Shown piece after piece: positions 18,950 to 28,731 of a stretch of 64,000 nt of DNA; the first letter of the stretch is position 1, and each line of letters starts with the position of its first letter. Made by a program: the position numbers and the translations under genes. The DNA lies in the sequence record SRR31156797_2197. The stretch is one strand, 5' to 3'. Under the pieces are notes generated by a model that saw nothing but the letters and a program-made list of their open reading frames with translations, was not told where the DNA came from and did not search any database.

Positions 18950-20242
18950 ATGAGTGAAAATGGAAAACCTGATGTTCATCTTAATTTGAATGTAAGAGGT
19001 CTTCCGCTGTCGGCGACACTGGCTATTAATGAGCTTAGTAACTCGCTAAGACAGCAGGGGAAAAAGATTTACAAGCTTGGTCTTGGTCAGTCCCCGTTTC
19101 CTGTTCCGCAGTCTGTTGTGAATGAGCTAAAGAATAACGCACACCAGAAGGATTATCTACCTGTGCGTGGTCTGCCTGCACTTCAGGAAGCTGTTGTTGA
19201 GTATTATCAGAAAACACAGGGGCTTAACTTTCAGTCTAAGAATATCCTGATTGGTCCTGGTTCTAAGGAGCTGATGTTTCTCATTCAGCTTGTTTACTAC
19301 GGTGATCTTCTGATACCAACGCCTAGCTGGGTATCTTACGCTCCACAGGCTAATATCGTTGGGCATAAGGTTCAGTGGCTTAACACTCTCGAAGATAACG
19401 ACTGGCTTTTAACACCTGAGGAACTTGACGCTCATTGCCAATCTGACCCGAATAAACCTAGGCTTATCATCCTAAACTATCCGAATAACCCGACAGGCGG
19501 CACATATACAGTTGATCAGCTTAAAAGTATCGCAGAGGTTTGCCGTAAGTATAAGATAGTTATGCTCTCCGATGAGATTTATGGAGAGACTAACTTTGAA
19601 GGTAATCATACATCTATAGCGAAGTTTTACCCTGAGGGGACTGTTATATCCAGCGGACTTTCGAAATGGTGCGGTGCTGGCGGCTGGCGGCTCGGAACAT
19701 TCGCTTTCCCTGAGTCTCTTGAGTGGCTTCTTAACTCTATGGCATCAGTTGCCAGTGAGACATTTACATCTACAAGTGCTCCTATCCAATACGCCGCTGT
19801 GAGGGCATTTAAACTTGGTATAGACATAGAGAGATATCTCTGGAATTCACGCAAAATACTTCGTCAGCTCGGCGGTCTTATCTATAAGATTCTCTCTGAG
19901 GCTGGTGTCCGTGTTGCAGAGCCGAAGGGCGGGTTCTATATGTTTCCTGACTTTGACAGCTTCAAAGATTCTCTTAAAGATAAGGGGATTACAACATCTG
20001 AGCAGTTTTGTCAGAGGCTTCTCAATGATACGGGTGTAGCGATATTACCTGGTTCATCATTCGGAAGACCATCTAGCGAGCTCACTGCAAGGCTTTCTTA
20101 CGTTGATTTTGACGGTGCCAGAGCATTATCTGCGCTCGAAACTATGCCTAGGGATTATGAACCGGACGAAGAATTCATTCGCCAATACTGCGGTGAGAAC
20201 ATCATTGCTATGGAGAAGACCGTAGAGTGGCTTAACGACTAA
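18950..20242 (+). CDS. PLP-dependent class I/II aminotransferase (aspartate aminotransferase-like)
   Basis: GPGSKE, NYPNNPTG, SDEIY, SGLSKW..GGWRLG; ATG 18950 follows AAGGGAG. Confidence 0.92.
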   Translation: MSENGKPDVHLNLNVRGLPLSATLAINELSNSLRQQGKKIYKLGLGQSPFPVPQSVVNELKNNAHQKDYLPVRGLPALQEAVVEYYQKTQGLNFQSKNILIGPGSKELMFLIQLVYYGDLLIPTPSWVSYAPQANIVGHKVQWLNTLEDNDWLLTPEELDAHCQSDPNKPRLIILNYPNNPTGGTYTVDQLKSIAEVCRKYKIVMLSDEIYGETNFEGNHTSIAKFYPEGTVISSGLSKWCGAGGWRLGTFAFPESLEWLLNSMASVASETFTSTSAPIQYAAVRAFKLGIDIERYLWNSRKILRQLGGLIYKILSEAGVRVAEPKGGFYMFPDFDSFKDSLKDKGITTSEQFCQRLLNDTGVAILPGSSFGRPSSELTARLSYVDFDGARALSALETMPRDYEPDEEFIRQYCGENIIAMEKTVEWLND

Positions 20243-20246
20243 ATAA

Positions 20247-20277
20247 TTATCCCCCTGTAATTATTGCGGGGGGATAA
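20247..20277. terminator. Hairpin after aminotransferase
   Basis: TTATCCCCCTGTAA..TTGCGGGGGGATAA inverted repeat. Confidence 0.55.
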
Positions 20278-20361
20278 AATTTATATAAAATTACTGTTTT
20301 TTATAACCTTGTTAGTGTATTATCAATTATTATTATATTTTAAACTTTTGGGGAGATAGTC

Positions 20362-23300
20362 ATTTATAGGTTAGCACTGTGCTTATTTATACTCTTAGGG
20401 TTTACATCCAGCTCTTTTGCTATGGAAGAGGTTCGGCTGCAGCTTAAGTGGAAACACCAGTTTCAGTTTGCCGGCTACTATGCTGCTATTGAAAAAGGGT
20501 TCTATAAAGAGCACGGGCTTAATGTGAAAATTATTGAGCCGAAGGTTAATACCGATTCTGCTGAGGCTGTCCTTATGGGAGAGGCTGAGTTTGGCGTTGG
20601 TAATAGCGACCTTCTTCTTTATAAATATAGGGGCGCACCTTTTGTTGTTCTCGGTGTGATCTTTCAGCAATCACCTCTCTCACTTGTAATACGCACTGAT
20701 AAAGCTAAGGATATTTTTGATTTAGTTGGTAATAGCATAATGCTTAGCCCTGATACATCAGAGCTTATTGTTCTTTTGCAGAGCCTTGGGCTGCCTGCTA
20801 CCAGATTGAATATTTCAGCTTGCAATTACACTCCGGATGATTTCTTTGACGGAAATCTCGCTGCTATGTCAGCATACATTTCAAATGAACCTTATAAAGC
20901 GGGTAAGATGGGTGTTCCTTTTATGGAGTATAGACCTATCGATTACGGCATCGACTTTTACGGTGATAACTTTTTTACTACTACTGATATGCTTGTTGAT
21001 AAACCGAAAGTAGTGGAAGGGTTCAGGCTGGCAACATTAAAAGGGTGGAAGTATGCTATTGAGCATCAGGATGAGATTATTGATCTTATTCTTGAAAAAT
21101 ATGGCTCCAACCATACTAAAGACAGTCTTCAAAACGAAGCGAAGATTCTCTCTTCACTTGTGACCAGAGGATCAGTGCCTATAGGGCATATGGATCTAGC
21201 CAAATGGGAAAATATCGCTGATACATTTACAACCCTTGGGATGCTTCCTAAATACTACTCACTCAAAGGTTTTATCTACACAAAAGATAGAGGTCTTTAT
21301 AAAAAATACTTAAAGTGGAGCGCTTATTTAACAGGTGGCGTAGGCTTTATACTATTATTATTATTAGCTGTTTACAGGAATAATGTTGAGCTTAAACGTC
21401 AGATCGATGTGACTAGACATGTTCAGACTATAGGGAAAATAGGCGATTGGGTTTATGACTCTGGAAGGAAAGAGTTTGAGCTTAGTGAAGGTGCACAGGA
21501 TATTATCGGTGTTTCCGGTCATAGCAGGTTATCGTATAAAGCATTTTCTGAGCTGGTATATAGTGTTGATGATGATATTCTAACTGCTTCGTGGCAATTT
21601 TTCTTCAAAACAGGCGAGCTTGATTGTAATTTCAGAGTTGGTTCCGGTAAGAATTTACGCTGGATAAATATCAGAGCGGGGCATGATTATGCCACTCTAG
21701 GCAAGAAAACAACGTACATAGGCTATTTTCATGATGTAACTGAGAAGATGGCACTTGAAAACCAGATGAAACTCGTTGCTACGGTCTTTGATGTGAGTGC
21801 TCAAGCTATAGTAATTACAGATATAGCTGGAACTATCAAAGCTGTTAATCCGGCATTTACAAGTATTACAGGTTACACAAAAGAAGAGGCTATAGGGCAG
21901 AACCCTAGAATCCTCAAATCAGGTGTGCACACTCCGGAATTTTACGATGATATGTGGTCGGATCTCTTCGAAGAAGGTTTTTGGGAAGGGGAGCTCTGGA
22001 ACAGAAAGAAGGACGGGTCAGTCTATCTTGAATGGAACACTATCACTGCTATAAAGGATATTGACGGTAATATTACTGAGTTTGTTGCACAGTTTAGTGA
22101 CATTGTTAAGCGAAAACTAACTGAAGAAGAGCTCCGGGTGAAAAATAACTACGACAGTTTAACTAACCTCGCAAACAGAAACCTTTTTATAGATAGCCTG
22201 GAGCAGATGCTCACTATCGCCTCTAAGGAGCATGCGTCTGTTGCTGCTGTTTTTATTGATCTCGATAAATTTAAAGTCATTAATGACGGAATAGGATACA
22301 GCAAAGGTGATCAGGTTCTTATTGAGGTTGGTAAAAGGCTTAAAAGTTTAGCTCAGGATGCTGATATTGTTGCAAGATCAGGTGCAGACGAGTTCCTCAT
22401 TGCTCTGTATAGAGATACGGAAGACCTTACAGATATCGTAAATGAAATCAAACTTATTCCAAACACTATATGTTCGCCTATTATGCTGGATGGTGATCAG
22501 GTGACTGTTTCTGCTAGTGTTGGGGCGGTGATATTTCCTATATATGATGGTAAAGCGAACGATATACTTAATTTTTCTGAGCTTGCTATGCATAAAGCTA
22601 AAGATGTCGGCGGTAACGACATATGCCTTTACGAACATTCGATAAGCCAGCTTGCTATGGAGGCATACGAGCTGGAGAAAGCTCTTGCGGACGCTATTGT
22701 AAATGATGAGTTTGTTGTTTATCTCCAGCCTGTTTCAGATGCTAAAACCGGAAAGATAATAGGTGCTGAGGCGCTTGTAAGGTGGCAACACCCAGAGAAA
22801 GGGATGATATATCCTGATCTGTTTATTCCGATTGCGGAGAAGTCAGGATTCATCAATATTATAGGTCTGATGGTGCTTGATGAGGCGTGTAAAATGTTGC
22901 TGGAAATAAAAAAAATCATGCCTGATTTCTATGTAACCATCAATGTCGCTCCTTCTCAGATACCTTTGGCTCTCGACCCTCAGGTAGCCTATAACAGTAT
23001 AAGCGGCTTTGGTCTTGATCCTTCAAGTATTGTTTTTGAGCTTGTTGAAAGCTCATTCCTCGCAGATCAGGATGAGGCTTTGCTATGGATGCAGAAGATC
23101 AAACGTTTCGGAATAAAAGTTGCGCTGGATGATTTCGGAACAGGTTATTCGTCGCTTTCGTACCTCAACATGTATCCTTTTGACATTATGAAGATTGACC
23201 GCTCATTTATCACTAATCTTGGTCAGAATAAGTCTAACTATGCACTGGTTGAAAGTATGATCACTATGGCGCATAAGCTGAATATGAAGGTGATAGCGGA

Positions 23301-23433
23301 AGGTATCGAAGATGCTGAGACCATGGATATCCTTAAAACTCTCGGATGTGACAGCATTCAGGGGTATCACATCTGCAGACCGAAATCTATCCCTGAAATT
23401 TTAGAGTTTCTTAAGAATAAACTGGAAGAGTAA
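20362..23433 (+). CDS. Membrane sensor: NMT1/THI5-like periplasmic domain, TM, PAS, degenerate GGDEF, EAL
   Basis: LQLKWKHQFQFAGYYAA.EKGFY; PAS (VNPAF..ITGY..EE.IGQNPRILKSG); SGADEF; EALVRW, DDFGTGYS. Start extended from ATG 20422 to in-frame ATT 20362 to include a signal peptide. Confidence 0.88.
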   Translation: MYRLALCLFILLGFTSSSFAMEEVRLQLKWKHQFQFAGYYAAIEKGFYKEHGLNVKIIEPKVNTDSAEAVLMGEAEFGVGNSDLLLYKYRGAPFVVLGVIFQQSPLSLVIRTDKAKDIFDLVGNSIMLSPDTSELIVLLQSLGLPATRLNISACNYTPDDFFDGNLAAMSAYISNEPYKAGKMGVPFMEYRPIDYGIDFYGDNFFTTTDMLVDKPKVVEGFRLATLKGWKYAIEHQDEIIDLILEKYGSNHTKDSLQNEAKILSSLVTRGSVPIGHMDLAKWENIADTFTTLGMLPKYYSLKGFIYTKDRGLYKKYLKWSAYLTGGVGFILLLLLAVYRNNVELKRQIDVTRHVQTIGKIGDWVYDSGRKEFELSEGAQDIIGVSGHSRLSYKAFSELVYSVDDDILTASWQFFFKTGELDCNFRVGSGKNLRWINIRAGHDYATLGKKTTYIGYFHDVTEKMALENQMKLVATVFDVSAQAIVITDIAGTIKAVNPAFTSITGYTKEEAIGQNPRILKSGVHTPEFYDDMWSDLFEEGFWEGELWNRKKDGSVYLEWNTITAIKDIDGNITEFVAQFSDIVKRKLTEEELRVKNNYDSLTNLANRNLFIDSLEQMLTIASKEHASVAAVFIDLDKFKVINDGIGYSKGDQVLIEVGKRLKSLAQDADIVARSGADEFLIALYRDTEDLTDIVNEIKLIPNTICSPIMLDGDQVTVSASVGAVIFPIYDGKANDILNFSELAMHKAKDVGGNDICLYEHSISQLAMEAYELEKALADAIVNDEFVVYLQPVSDAKTGKIIGAEALVRWQHPEKGMIYPDLFIPIAEKSGFINIIGLMVLDEACKMLLEIKKIMPDFYVTINVAPSQIPLALDPQVAYNSISGFGLDPSSIVFELVESSFLADQDEALLWMQKIKRFGIKVALDDFGTGYSSLSYLNMYPFDIMKIDRSFITNLGQNKSNYALVESMITMAHKLNMKVIAEGIEDAETMDILKTLGCDSIQGYHICRPKSIPEILEFLKNKLEE

Positions 23434-23465
23434 AAAAGCCCCCATATTTCAGAGGGCTGTGGTAA

Positions 23466-23903
23466 TTATATCTTAGTGATCAGGATGCTTACTGGGCAGT
23501 GACGAAGCATCTTGCCTGCGGTACTTCCGTGAACAATCCTCTTGAAGCCACCTTCGCCGTGAGAACCGATTACAACAAGGTCGTATTCATTCTCCTCAAG
23601 TTCGTAAAGCCCTTCTATATATGGAGTTCCACGTCTGATATAGCTTGTCCAGTTTATACCGGACAGCTCCGGAACCTGAGCTTCAAGCTTAGAGAATTTC
23701 TCTTCTACTTCTAAATCTATCTTCTGCTTGATCTCTGCGTACTGATCCTGATTTATATAAACCTGAAACTGGCTCTGGTCATACGCTACGTGCAGCACAG
23801 TGAGCTTGCTCCCCTGGCATTTGGCGATGTTAGCAGCCTCAGCTACAGCCTTAAGTGAATATTCGCTGAAATCAGTCATAGTGAGGATATGTTTATAACT
23901 CAT
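23466..23903 (-). CDS. Universal stress protein (UspA family)
   Basis: YKHIL..TDFSEYS, DLVVIGSHG, GSTAGKMLRHCPVSIL. Confidence 0.92.
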   Translation of the reverse strand: MSYKHILTMTDFSEYSLKAVAEAANIAKCQGSKLTVLHVAYDQSQFQVYINQDQYAEIKQKIDLEVEEKFSKLEAQVPELSGINWTSYIRRGTPYIEGLYELEENEYDLVVIGSHGEGGFKRIVHGSTAGKMLRHCPVSILITKI

Positions 23904-23969
23904 GATAATCTCCTTATCTGTTAATAATATTATATTCCTTCATTTTGCGTATTTCAAGTTAACTGTTTC

Positions 23970-23997
23970 TTGACACGATAATAGGGTGTAGTAAGAT
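23970..23997 (+). promoter_or_regulatory. Sigma70-type promoter, possibly giving a leaderless mRNA
   Basis: TTGACA-16 nt-TAAGAT ending 7 nt before ATG 24005, which has no SD. Confidence 0.45.
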
Positions 23998-24004
23998 AAT
24001 TTCC

Positions 24005-24466
24005 ATGTTTAGAAAAAAACTTCGTATGCTGATAGTGACTATAGTATTTATTGTTATTGCAATATTATGTTTTACATCAGTATCTTACTCTGCTGAAAAA
24101 TTTGTTCGTAAATATAGAAAGGATATAGACCTTACCCACGACCAGACAGATGTTAAGGTTGGGCGCTATACTATCAGAGCTGATATGTCCCGCCCTGCGA
24201 AACCTTTTCGTGAGATAGTGTTCCGCTTTCATATAGAGCGCAACGGCGTACCTGTCAGCGTTGAAAACGGGATAATAAAGTTTAATATGATCATGGATAT
24301 GGGGCTTTACAAAACCCGTCTGCAAAAGGCGGCTACGGGCTATTCGGCAAAAATTGTTTTACCTAAGTGTATTTTCGGCGGGGAGCGCTGGTTTGCAAAG
24401 CTCACTTTCGACGAGGGGGACTACACAGCTGAGAAAGTATTTCTATTCGACATGGACAAAAAATAG
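24005..24466 (+). CDS. Exported YtkA/FixH-like hypothetical protein
   Basis: Signal/TM segment; Ig-like run with FNMIMDMG and IVLPKC..GG.RW. Confidence 0.55.
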   Translation: MFRKKLRMLIVTIVFIVIAILCFTSVSYSAEKFVRKYRKDIDLTHDQTDVKVGRYTIRADMSRPAKPFREIVFRFHIERNGVPVSVENGIIKFNMIMDMGLYKTRLQKAATGYSAKIVLPKCIFGGERWFAKLTFDEGDYTAEKVFLFDMDKK

Positions 24467-25126
24467 ATGGAAGAGCTGACGTATTTAGGATTTCTTACTA
24501 TGGGCTTTTCTGTGGGGTTCGGACACTGCATTGGTATGTGTCATCCATTTGTTCTCTATGTTTCCGGTCGTTTTGTCGGCGATAAGAGGGGTTACGCAAG
24601 CCTCTTTGTACCGCATATCAAATATAATTTCGGTCGGATAGCTACCTACAGCATACTTGGGCTGGCTGCTGGTTTTGCTGGTGATATGATGCAGGTTGTT
24701 GGTCGGCTTATCGGTATACAGAAGGGCGCAGCAATCATCGCAGGTATATTTTTAGTTCTGTACGGAATTCTATCGTTTATCGGCTATAACTTTATGAATA
24801 AGCTGGAGCACAAGCTAGCTGGCGGTACGTTCGTCTCCAGGCTTAAAAAGTTTCAGCCGAAGTCAGCTTTTCTAACAGGGGTTGTGCTCGGTTTTCTCCC
24901 CTGCGGACCTTTATACGGGATGATTATCGCATCAGCCTCCACAGCGGATGCATTCCGTGGGATGTTGTCTATGTTTCTGTTCGGTCTCGGCACTTCAGTC
25001 GCAATGATGGCGACATCAGTTTTCGGAAATTATCTTATGTCCAGAAGAGGATTTTTTAATCTTGTGAGTCTGTTTTTAATGGTCTTGATGGGATTATTTT
25101 TCATCTGGTCAGGAATAAGGATGTAA
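24467..25126 (+). CDS. DsbD_2 / TauE-SafE-like membrane protein
   Basis: GHCIGMC, YNFGRIATY, GFLPCGPLY, MFLFGLGT. Confidence 0.88.
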   Translation: MEELTYLGFLTMGFSVGFGHCIGMCHPFVLYVSGRFVGDKRGYASLFVPHIKYNFGRIATYSILGLAAGFAGDMMQVVGRLIGIQKGAAIIAGIFLVLYGILSFIGYNFMNKLEHKLAGGTFVSRLKKFQPKSAFLTGVVLGFLPCGPLYGMIIASASTADAFRGMLSMFLFGLGTSVAMMATSVFGNYLMSRRGFFNLVSLFLMVLMGLFFIWSGIRM

Positions 25127-25132
25127 ATATAA

Positions 25133-26011
25133 ATGAACAGTGGAATATTTTTTATTATAGCAGCCGCAGTTCTGTGGGGCACAACAGGGACAACTCAGGC
25201 TTTTGCACCGGAGGGGGCGTCACCACTCACTATCGGCGCATTCCGTCTTCTTATCGGTGGAGTGGGGCTTGTCATAGTTGCCATAGCCGGCAGGTCGTTC
25301 ACAAGCGGAGCTAAGTGGAATAAAACTCATATATTACTCGGCGCACTCAGTGTAGCCGCTTATCAGATAACATTTTTCTCGTCAGTGCTTCTCACAGGAG
25401 TGGCAGTAGGGACGATTGTTGCGATCGCATCATCACCTGTCAGCGCAGGTATTCTTGGCAGCCTTATTCTTAAAGAGAAGCTCGCACCTAAGTGGTATCT
25501 TGCTACTGTGCTTGCTGTTATCGGCTGCTCTGTACTTGTCCTTTCCGGAGGCGGAGAGATCTCTATTAATCCGCTCGGTGTTGCGGCGGCTTTAGGGGCA
25601 GGTCTTAGCTATGCCCTATACACTCTTTTCGGCAAGATGCTCCTTGATGCTGGGCATAAGGGTAACGGAGTTGTTGCTATGATGTTTTTCGGTGGTGCTG
25701 TGGTTCTCACTCCGATACTTTTCTTTAATGACATTTCATGGGTAGCTACAAGCAAAGGTGTGATAACTATGGCGCATCTAGGTATACTTACTACTACTGT
25801 TTCATACATGCTTTTTGCAAAAGGGCTCAAAACAATATCTATCTCAAAAACAGCGACATTATCTCTTGCGGAGCCACTGACGGCGGCTGTTCTGGGTGTT
25901 GTTGTACTTGGTGAAAAGCTTAATGTGATGTCTGGTATTGGTATATTCTGTCTGTTTGCGGGGATAGCTATTCTGAGTATTGAGAGTAAGAAATCATCTG
26001 GAAATACGTAA
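25133..26011 (+). CDS. EamA/DMT-family transporter
   Basis: AAVLWGTTG, FRL, two EamA repeats, EPLTAAVLG..LGE. Confidence 0.9.
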   Translation: MNSGIFFIIAAAVLWGTTGTTQAFAPEGASPLTIGAFRLLIGGVGLVIVAIAGRSFTSGAKWNKTHILLGALSVAAYQITFFSSVLLTGVAVGTIVAIASSPVSAGILGSLILKEKLAPKWYLATVLAVIGCSVLVLSGGGEISINPLGVAAALGAGLSYALYTLFGKMLLDAGHKGNGVVAMMFFGGAVVLTPILFFNDISWVATSKGVITMAHLGILTTTVSYMLFAKGLKTISISKTATLSLAEPLTAAVLGVVVLGEKLNVMSGIGIFCLFAGIAILSIESKKSSGNT

Positions 26012-28426
26012 AGAGTTAAAGACTACAGCCAGACTGCTAACCGACATGAAAGCTGCTGAGAAAACAGGGTGGATTGTACCTGTTATTGCAAGAGGAACCA
26101 TCACAAGATTATATGAGAACGCCCAGAATAGATTCTGCTTTATCACCCTAAGAGTGGTTACGGACGTGTTAAATACTGTAGAGACAAGCATCAGCTCGTC
26201 ACGCATAAGGACTATGTCAGAGCTCTCAATAGCTATGTCCGTCCCTTGTCCGATGGCTATACCTATATCTGCCGTTGTGAGGGCAGGGGCGTCGTTTATT
26301 CCGTCGCCGACCATTGCGCAAATCTTCCCATTTTTCTGAAATGATTTCACTACATCAGCTTTTTCGAAAGGTGTCACTTCTGCTATGTAGTCAAGTTCTG
26401 GTATGCCAAGTTTTTCAACTAACTTCTGTGCCGCAAGCTTGTTGTCGCCAGTGAGAATGACAGTTTTAACGCCTTTTGAGGTGAGCTGTTTAAGCATATC
26501 AGCGGAATCTTCCCTGATAGAATCAGAAAGAGTCATAAAACCTGCGAATATACCATCTATAGCGACACATGCTACGGTGTAGCCGTTTTTGATATGCTCC
26601 ATAACTTCATCATCCGGTGTGTCTATCCCGTTTTCTTTAAGGTATGATATTGTGCCTGCTAAAACGACAGAACCGCTTACAGAGCCGCTCAGCCCTTTGC
26701 CTGGATGCTCTTTAAAGTTATCAACAGGTAGGAAATCATCGAGGTAATCGTCAACAATAGCTTTGGCTATCAGGTGTGATGAGTGACACTCAAGTGAGGC
26801 TGTGATTTTCAAAAAATCTTCCCTGTCGGAGATGACCTCCTCAACCTTCAGCTCACCTTTTGTTATCGTGCCTGTTTTGTCGAATATGATGGTGTCAGCT
26901 TTGCTTAGAAGCTCGATGATATCGCCAGCTTTCGCTACGGCCCCGAGTCTGGTTATCTTAGAGGTGGCTATCAGTATCGCCAGCGGTGTAGCAAGTCCAA
27001 GAGCGCAAGGGCAAGCTATCACAAGTACGGATACAGCGTTCATCGTTGATGTCAGTATGTCTCCGGAGATGTAGTACCAGCCGAAAAATGTAGAAAAACC
27101 GATGGTTATTATAGCGGGTACAAACCAGCCGACGACCTTGTCAGCCACGTTTTGTATAGGAGCTTTAGCTGTCTGCGCATCCTCTACCGCCTGAACAATG
27201 CGGGAGAGAGTGGTTGTTGCTCCGGTATGCTCGACCTGAATGACAAGCTTGCCGTTTACATTACTCGTCCCTGCAAAAACTTTTGCTCCAGCGCCTTTCA
27301 TCTGAGGGAGAGGTTCGCCTGTGAGCATAGATTCGTTCACTTCTGAGCTTCCATATACGACAATTCCGTCAGCAGGGATGGAGTCACCCGGTAAAACCTC
27401 TAGGAAATCACCTTGGCGAATCTGCTTCACGGGGACAGTTTCAGCTACTATTGATCCGAGCTCATAACCAGCCTCATTATAATTAGAGAGATATCGCACC
27501 TGAACCGGCTGATAAGTAAGGAGCTTAGACACAGCGTTAGACGTTTTAGCCTTAGCACCTGATTCTATGTATCTGCCTAGTAAAATTAGCGTGATTATCA
27601 TTGAAGTGGTGTCGAAATACACCTCTTTATCGAGAAATAGGGCGAATATTGAGTAAACATACGCAGTGAATGAACCCATGAAAATCAAGGTGTCCATTGT
27701 GGTGTGCCCTTTCTTAATAGCAGCTAGTGAGCTTTTTATAAAAGGCATACCTGAGTAAAACATTACCGGAGTAGCGAGAAACCACGCAGCGTACTGAAAC
27801 ATCGCACGAAGCCCAGTGTCGATCCCCTGAAAATAGCCGGCGTATAGCGCAACAGTATAGATCATTAACTGCATACTGAAAAAAGCACCGATGGAGAAGC
27901 GGAAGAAGTAATCTTTCTTCTCTTTCTCATAAATGGTCGCTGTGCTTGATTCGCTGATCGGGAGAGGGCAGTAGCCTATGTCTGAGATCCGGTCGATAAC
28001 CTCTTTTAGGGTTATCACTCCTTTGGTCCAGCGGATTTTTGCTTTATGGGTGGCGTAATTTACACGCACTGATTCGATACCGTCAGCTTTTGACAGATAG
28101 GTTTCTATCAGCCAAATGCATGCGGCGCAACGGATTCCTGACAGGGCGAGGTTCACCTCATAACCCGTGTCGGTTTCTAATACTGCATCGATAAATAGCT
28201 CTTCGGAGACGTTGGACTGGCTGACGGCGCCCGGTTCCCAGTTGTCGTCACGCTTAGAGTAAAACTTTGAAAAGCCTTCATCCTGCAATATCTTATAAAC
28301 GCTGGAACAGCCCGTACAACAGAAAAAGCATTCCTCTCCGTCTACCTGCTCAATGATAGCCTGATTACGGTTAACCTCGAGCATACAGTGAGAACAGGCG
28401 ACAGTTTTATCAGCTTCTATCGGCAT
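25994..28426 (-). CDS. ccoI: Cu-translocating P1B-type ATPase CcoI/FixI
   Basis: N-terminal CSHC..FCCTGC, HMA CAAC, TGE, CPCALGLA, DKTGT, GDGINDAP, YN..MSVSS. Confidence 0.93.
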   Translation of the reverse strand: MPIEADKTVACSHCMLEVNRNQAIIEQVDGEECFFCCTGCSSVYKILQDEGFSKFYSKRDDNWEPGAVSQSNVSEELFIDAVLETDTGYEVNLALSGIRCAACIWLIETYLSKADGIESVRVNYATHKAKIRWTKGVITLKEVIDRISDIGYCPLPISESSTATIYEKEKKDYFFRFSIGAFFSMQLMIYTVALYAGYFQGIDTGLRAMFQYAAWFLATPVMFYSGMPFIKSSLAAIKKGHTTMDTLIFMGSFTAYVYSIFALFLDKEVYFDTTSMIITLILLGRYIESGAKAKTSNAVSKLLTYQPVQVRYLSNYNEAGYELGSIVAETVPVKQIRQGDFLEVLPGDSIPADGIVVYGSSEVNESMLTGEPLPQMKGAGAKVFAGTSNVNGKLVIQVEHTGATTTLSRIVQAVEDAQTAKAPIQNVADKVVGWFVPAIITIGFSTFFGWYYISGDILTSTMNAVSVLVIACPCALGLATPLAILIATSKITRLGAVAKAGDIIELLSKADTIIFDKTGTITKGELKVEEVISDREDFLKITASLECHSSHLIAKAIVDDYLDDFLPVDNFKEHPGKGLSGSVSGSVVLAGTISYLKENGIDTPDDEVMEHIKNGYTVACVAIDGIFAGFMTLSDSIREDSADMLKQLTSKGVKTVILTGDNKLAAQKLVEKLGIPELDYIAEVTPFEKADVVKSFQKNGKICAMVGDGINDAPALTTADIGIAIGQGTDIAIESSDIVLMRDELMLVSTVFNTSVTTLRVIKQNLFWAFSYNLVMVPLAITGTIHPVFSAAFMSVSSLAVVFNSLRISR

Positions 28427-28428
28427 AC

Positions 28429-28587
28429 CTAGTCGCTCGGAATATCTTCGTCATCGTCGTCCAGCATCCTGTATTTAGGACCCTCTATGTCATCAAACTC
28501 TCCAGACTTTGATGCCCACAGAAAGATGATAAGCACTATCACGCCAAGTATGAGCGAGATAGGTATCATCATAAAAAGTGCTCCCAT
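28429..28587 (-). CDS. ccoS: cbb3 oxidase maturation protein CcoS (not in ORF track)
   Basis: Read by hand: MGALFMMIPISLILGVIVLIIFLWASKSGEFDDIEGPKYRMLDDDDEDIPSD, with the FLWA..SG.FDD signature. Confidence 0.92.
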   Translation of the reverse strand: MGALFMMIPISLILGVIVLIIFLWASKSGEFDDIEGPKYRMLDDDDEDIPSD

Positions 28588-28673
28588 TAGTTAGCGTATT
28601 TCATCGCATAAAAGAGGGGCAGTCCTATCATGGAAATAAGTGAAAGTATCATAACGATTGTTCCGATTCTCAT
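28587..28673 (-). CDS. 28-aa single-TM small protein (not in ORF track)
   Basis: MRIGTIVMILSLISMIGLPLFYAMKYAN; AAGGAGG RBS; TAATG overlap with ccoS. Confidence 0.7.
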   Translation of the reverse strand: MRIGTIVMILSLISMIGLPLFYAMKYAN

Positions 28674-28690
28674 AATATCCTCCTTAGGAT

Positions 28691-28719
28691 AAATTAATTA
28701 ATATAAATACCTTTTTCAA
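28691..28719 (-). promoter_or_regulatory. Internal promoter for small ORF-ccoS-ccoI
   Basis: TTGAAA-17 nt-TAATTT on minus strand. Confidence 0.45.
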
Positions 28720-28731
28720 TAAGCAGCGTTG

